From positions 640,001 to 704,000 of the forward strand of contig OY781066.1 of assembly GCA_963676395.1 (NCBI GenBank): DNA of 64,000 nucleotides, written 5' to 3'. The stretch comes from a bacterium. GTDB lineage: Bacteria; Fidelibacterota; Fidelibacteria; Fidelibacterales; Fidelibacteraceae. The number at the start of each line of letters is the position of its first letter. Position 1 is the first letter of the stretch. The translations under genes were made by a program, and so were the position numbers. The notes under the pieces were generated by a model that worked only from the letters and a program-made list of their open reading frames with translations, made no database searches and was not told where the DNA came from. This document shows positions 61,368 to 64,000 of the stretch, piece by piece.

Positions 61368-61805
61368 TTCTTTGTCTCCTGTTTTTGGACCAAACTATTG
61401 AGTAAATAACGAAATGAGTTTAGGAATTATTTAGACAAATTTCAAGAAAAACACCCTCAAAAGAACAAAATTTGACAAATTGTTGTTTCTTGCGTATATA
61501 GTTGTAAACTGCGTATGATTATTCGCCGGACGCCAGAGTATGCATGACTTTTTGATAGTAAAATGCTAATTTTTCCTATTCTATCCAATGAAATAATTGG
61601 TGGTATACATAGAATTTAGATTACAGAACGTAATTAAATTAAAAGTTGAACTTCATATTAAGGGACCGCCTCAGCTCCAACGCGTTAAAGAAATTCAATG
61701 AGAGAGGGTTAAAAAACGTGGGGCGAACCCCGAAACATCGGTGTGAGACTATTCCACATTTTACCGAGGGAAGAAAATTTTAGTCCCCCAGCTGGCGAAT
61801 ACAGC

Positions 61806-61890
61806 AGCGAGTTTCTTTTGTTTCTTTTCTTTGACAAGCAAAGAAAAGAAAGATATTAAAAAAAAGATCACCCCATCGACTTCGCTCAGA
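61806..61890. repeat. REP/MITE-like intergenic palindrome remnants
   Basis: TTTCTTTTCTTTG-acaag-CAAAGAAAAGAAA hairpin and CGACTTCGCTCAG motif. Confidence 0.5.
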
Positions 61891-62039
61891 ATTGTTTTCA
61901 TGTAGATATTTAATACCCCGGGGTTCACCTGGGGAAATATTGATTATCTCCTCGACCTTACACACTAATATCTCTCTAATAGCAAAAGAGATGACTCTCG
62001 TCATCTCTCACGCATATATATGTAAACTGTGTGTGTGCT

Positions 62040-62333
62040 TTATTCACCGGATGCAAGGGAATGAACAACTTTTTGATAGTAAAAGTCTCCCTTTTCCCTG
62101 ATCCATTCGATCGCTTGTTTAACGGTATTCACCGTATTGGGAATATATTCGTGAATTATTATTTCAAGGATATTCGATTCAAAAATATTTTCGCTAAGAA
62201 GATTGATCAAATAAAGAATGATGTTACCATTGCTAGAATCAAATTTGCCTGCCGGCTGTACTGTAACTTCTGCCTGATTTTGGTTCCATCGGTAGTCATC
62301 GTGGTAGATCATATCGTTTCTGTCGTAGCTCAT
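62040..62333 (-). CDS. Hypothetical protein
   Basis: ATG with GGAG RBS, same strand as neighbours. Confidence 0.6.
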   Translation of the reverse strand: MSYDRNDMIYHDDYRWNQNQAEVTVQPAGKFDSSNGNIILYLINLLSENIFESNILEIIIHEYIPNTVNTVKQAIEWIREKGDFYYQKVVHSLASGE

Positions 62334-62362
62334 GTTTAACTGTCTCCGTCCGAGGTTAAGAG

Positions 62363-62389
62363 AAAACCCCGCTTTGGGCGAGCGGGGTT
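62363..62389 (-). terminator. Terminator after Hsp20
   Basis: AAAACCCCGCT...AGCGGGGTT. Confidence 0.7.
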
Positions 62390-62416
62390 ACGGGGTAAGG
62401 AAGGGATTATGAAATG

Positions 62417-62842
62417 TTAGTTAATCTCAATTTTTCGTGGTTTTGCAAGTTCTGTTTTAGGGATCTCGACGGTGAGAACACCTTCGTCCCAATGTCCCTT
62501 AATGGCTTCCACATCAACATTCGAGGGAAGTTTAAAGGAGCGTGAGAACTTACCGTAGCTGATCTCATTCAGGTAGTAAGAGGCTTCTTTTTTGCGAACT
62601 CTTTCTTTCTTTTCGCCTGAGAGAGTGATCACGTTGTCTTTTACTGAGATTTCAATGTCCTTTTTCTTCATGCCGGGAGCCTCTACATATAAGCGAAAAT
62701 CATTTTCACTTTCTTCAACTTCCATACGAGGACTCCAGTCGCCTGAAGCATAGCTTCCGGTTGAAGCAAAAAAGTTGTCAAAGATGCTGTCGAAATAATG
62801 ATCGACTGTGGGGGCTGAGTAATTACGTTTTACGAGGTACAT
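62417..62842 (-). CDS. Hsp20/alpha-crystallin small heat-shock protein
   Basis: EAPGMKKKDIEISV, EISYGKFSRSFKLP, GVLTVEIPK. Confidence 0.95.
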   Translation of the reverse strand: MYLVKRNYSAPTVDHYFDSIFDNFFASTGSYASGDWSPRMEVEESENDFRLYVEAPGMKKKDIEISVKDNVITLSGEKKERVRKKEASYYLNEISYGKFSRSFKLPSNVDVEAIKGHWDEGVLTVEIPKTELAKPRKIEIN

Positions 62843-62942
62843 TGTATGTCTCCTTTCATGCTCTATTAAGCTTTCTTTATTTCTTTTCTATCGCCGGTTC
62901 TTGTTTTTCTGTACCGGTCATGTCAAATCTCACCTTTCATGA

Positions 62943-63035
62943 TGCCAAAACCATGCCAAAACTATTTCTCTGCCAAAGCGTCTGTAATTTTGTCACACTT
63001 TTCCCAAGAATGGCGATTTATCTGTCATATTGACA
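62943..63035 (-). promoter_or_regulatory. Candidate sigma54 promoter plus upstream palindrome for Hsp20
   Basis: TGGCAT-GGTTT-TGGCA at 62943-62958 (minus); TGTCA-TAT-TGACA at 63023-63035. Confidence 0.5.
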
Positions 63036-63153
63036 TTTTAGACAAAGCATTTTCAAAATATTCTATATGTTTGGGTATGAATTAAATTCTGATCGACCGC
63101 AATCTCGGCTCTATATATCCGTAATATTTAGATAATATTTGATAAACAAAAAT

Positions 63154-63176
63154 GGGCGGACACTTAGGTCCGCCCC
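63154..63176 (-). terminator. Hairpin (REP-like/terminator) after the acyl-CoA dehydrogenase
   Basis: GGGCGGAC-acttag-GTCCGCCC. Confidence 0.55.
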
Positions 63177-63204
63177 AACATCAGTTCATTATTAATTGTA
63201 AAAA

Positions 63205-64000
63205 TTATACGTTTAAATCATTATACAACCCCAGTTTGATGGTCTCTAGTGCTCTTTTACTGTCGGCGAGTGATCCTTTAATATAACGTTTAGCGATCAT
63301 AAGCTTATCATCATTCGTCTCAATTTCTTCAAGTAAGAGATACCCCGTGATCAAATAACTATACATCAAAACCAAATCTCTTGCACAAGCTTCTTTAACT
63401 GCTTTGCTGTCATTAGCTTGAACCAATTTATGGCTTTCTTTAAAGATATTACGGATCTCTTTGAGATAAGCGGAAAGAGCTTTTGACTCACCAAAATATT
63501 CTTTTGCTTCGTATTTATCAAATTTATCGGCATAAAGATCGTTATTAACACCACCAATAGCTGCAACGACTTGTAGTTGAGATGTACCTTCGTAAATATT
63601 CGTAATACGGGCATCACGAGCATGACGTTCAACATTGAACTCTTTCATATAGCCGGTTCCACCATGGATCTGTAATGAATTATACGCAATGGTATTTGAG
63701 GATTCGGTTAAAATCAATTTACACATCGGTGTTAACATGCCGGCTAGACGCATATAATATTTTTGTAACTTCATCTCATCTCCGGCAGGTTTACCTTCGG
63801 CCTTAAGATGTTCAATGCGTTCAACCAGTTTATCACGCATATCAACAGAGCGTGCCGTCGCATATAAAAACGTACGATTGGTTTCAAGCATCGTCTGCAT
63901 ATCGACCAGCAAACTTTTCACAACCGGGATCTTAATGATCGCTTTACCGAATTGCACTCTTGCCTTTGCATACGAAAGTGCCTCTTCGTAAGCAGCCTGA
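63205..64000 (-). CDS. Acyl-CoA dehydrogenase, 5' part outside the window
   Basis: R.QFGK, LQIHGGTGYMKEF.VER..RDARITNIYEGTSQLQ; frame open to the window edge. Confidence 0.93.
   Translation of the reverse strand, partial: QAAYEEALSYAKARVQFGKAIIKIPVVKSLLVDMQTMLETNRTFLYATARSVDMRDKLVERIEHLKAEGKPAGDEMKLQKYYMRLAGMLTPMCKLILTESSNTIAYNSLQIHGGTGYMKEFNVERHARDARITNIYEGTSQLQVVAAIGGVNNDLYADKFDKYEAKEYFGESKALSAYLKEIRNIFKESHKLVQANDSKAVKEACARDLVLMYSYLITGYLLLEEIETNDDKLMIAKRYIKGSLADSKRALETIKLGLYNDLNV

Noticed and set aside
61780..62101. ORFs 61780-62004 and 61892-62101
   Set aside because: They translate through repeat/palindromic DNA, with non-ATG starts and no protein motif.
37..63635. Numerous short ORFs antisense to or nested in the called genes
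   Set aside because: Shadow ORFs without motifs or RBS, overlapping well-supported CDSs.

Overview
AT-rich bacterial chromosomal segment, most likely from an FCB-group organism. A Marinimicrobia-like lineage is suggested by the T9SS-type C-terminal domains, the TonB receptors and SD-type RBSs; this is inference only. Left to right: cysteine synthase, TPR histidine kinase, lipid kinase and proC. Then a ~16.5 kb minus-strand DUF11 surface-structure locus (5.8-22.3 kb) with an outer-membrane beta-barrel, a DUF11/OmpA protein, a duplicated 2.2 kb gene pair, split DUF11 domains, three homologous promoter cassettes and unannotated 38-codon ORFs, followed by a divergent PAS hybrid kinase. Next come a tRNA-Phe with a small att-flanked islet and the ffh-rpsP-khpA-rimM-trmD-rplS operon. 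Two divergent TonB receptor/lipoprotein/barrel modules surround an ABC transporter, with a 4Fe-4S membrane protein and a C25-like/HEAT protein. The end holds a class D beta-lactamase, a second islet flanked by a duplicated pruA 3' end, pruA, Hsp20 and a truncated acyl-CoA dehydrogenase. The best candidate for an undescribed system is the DUF11 locus. Its domain boundaries suggest a donor-strand-complemented, possibly isopeptide-crosslinked fibre with its own barrel, anchor, tip and chaperone-like subunits and a peptide/RNA regulatory layer. All family names come from motif recognition by eye, not database searches.
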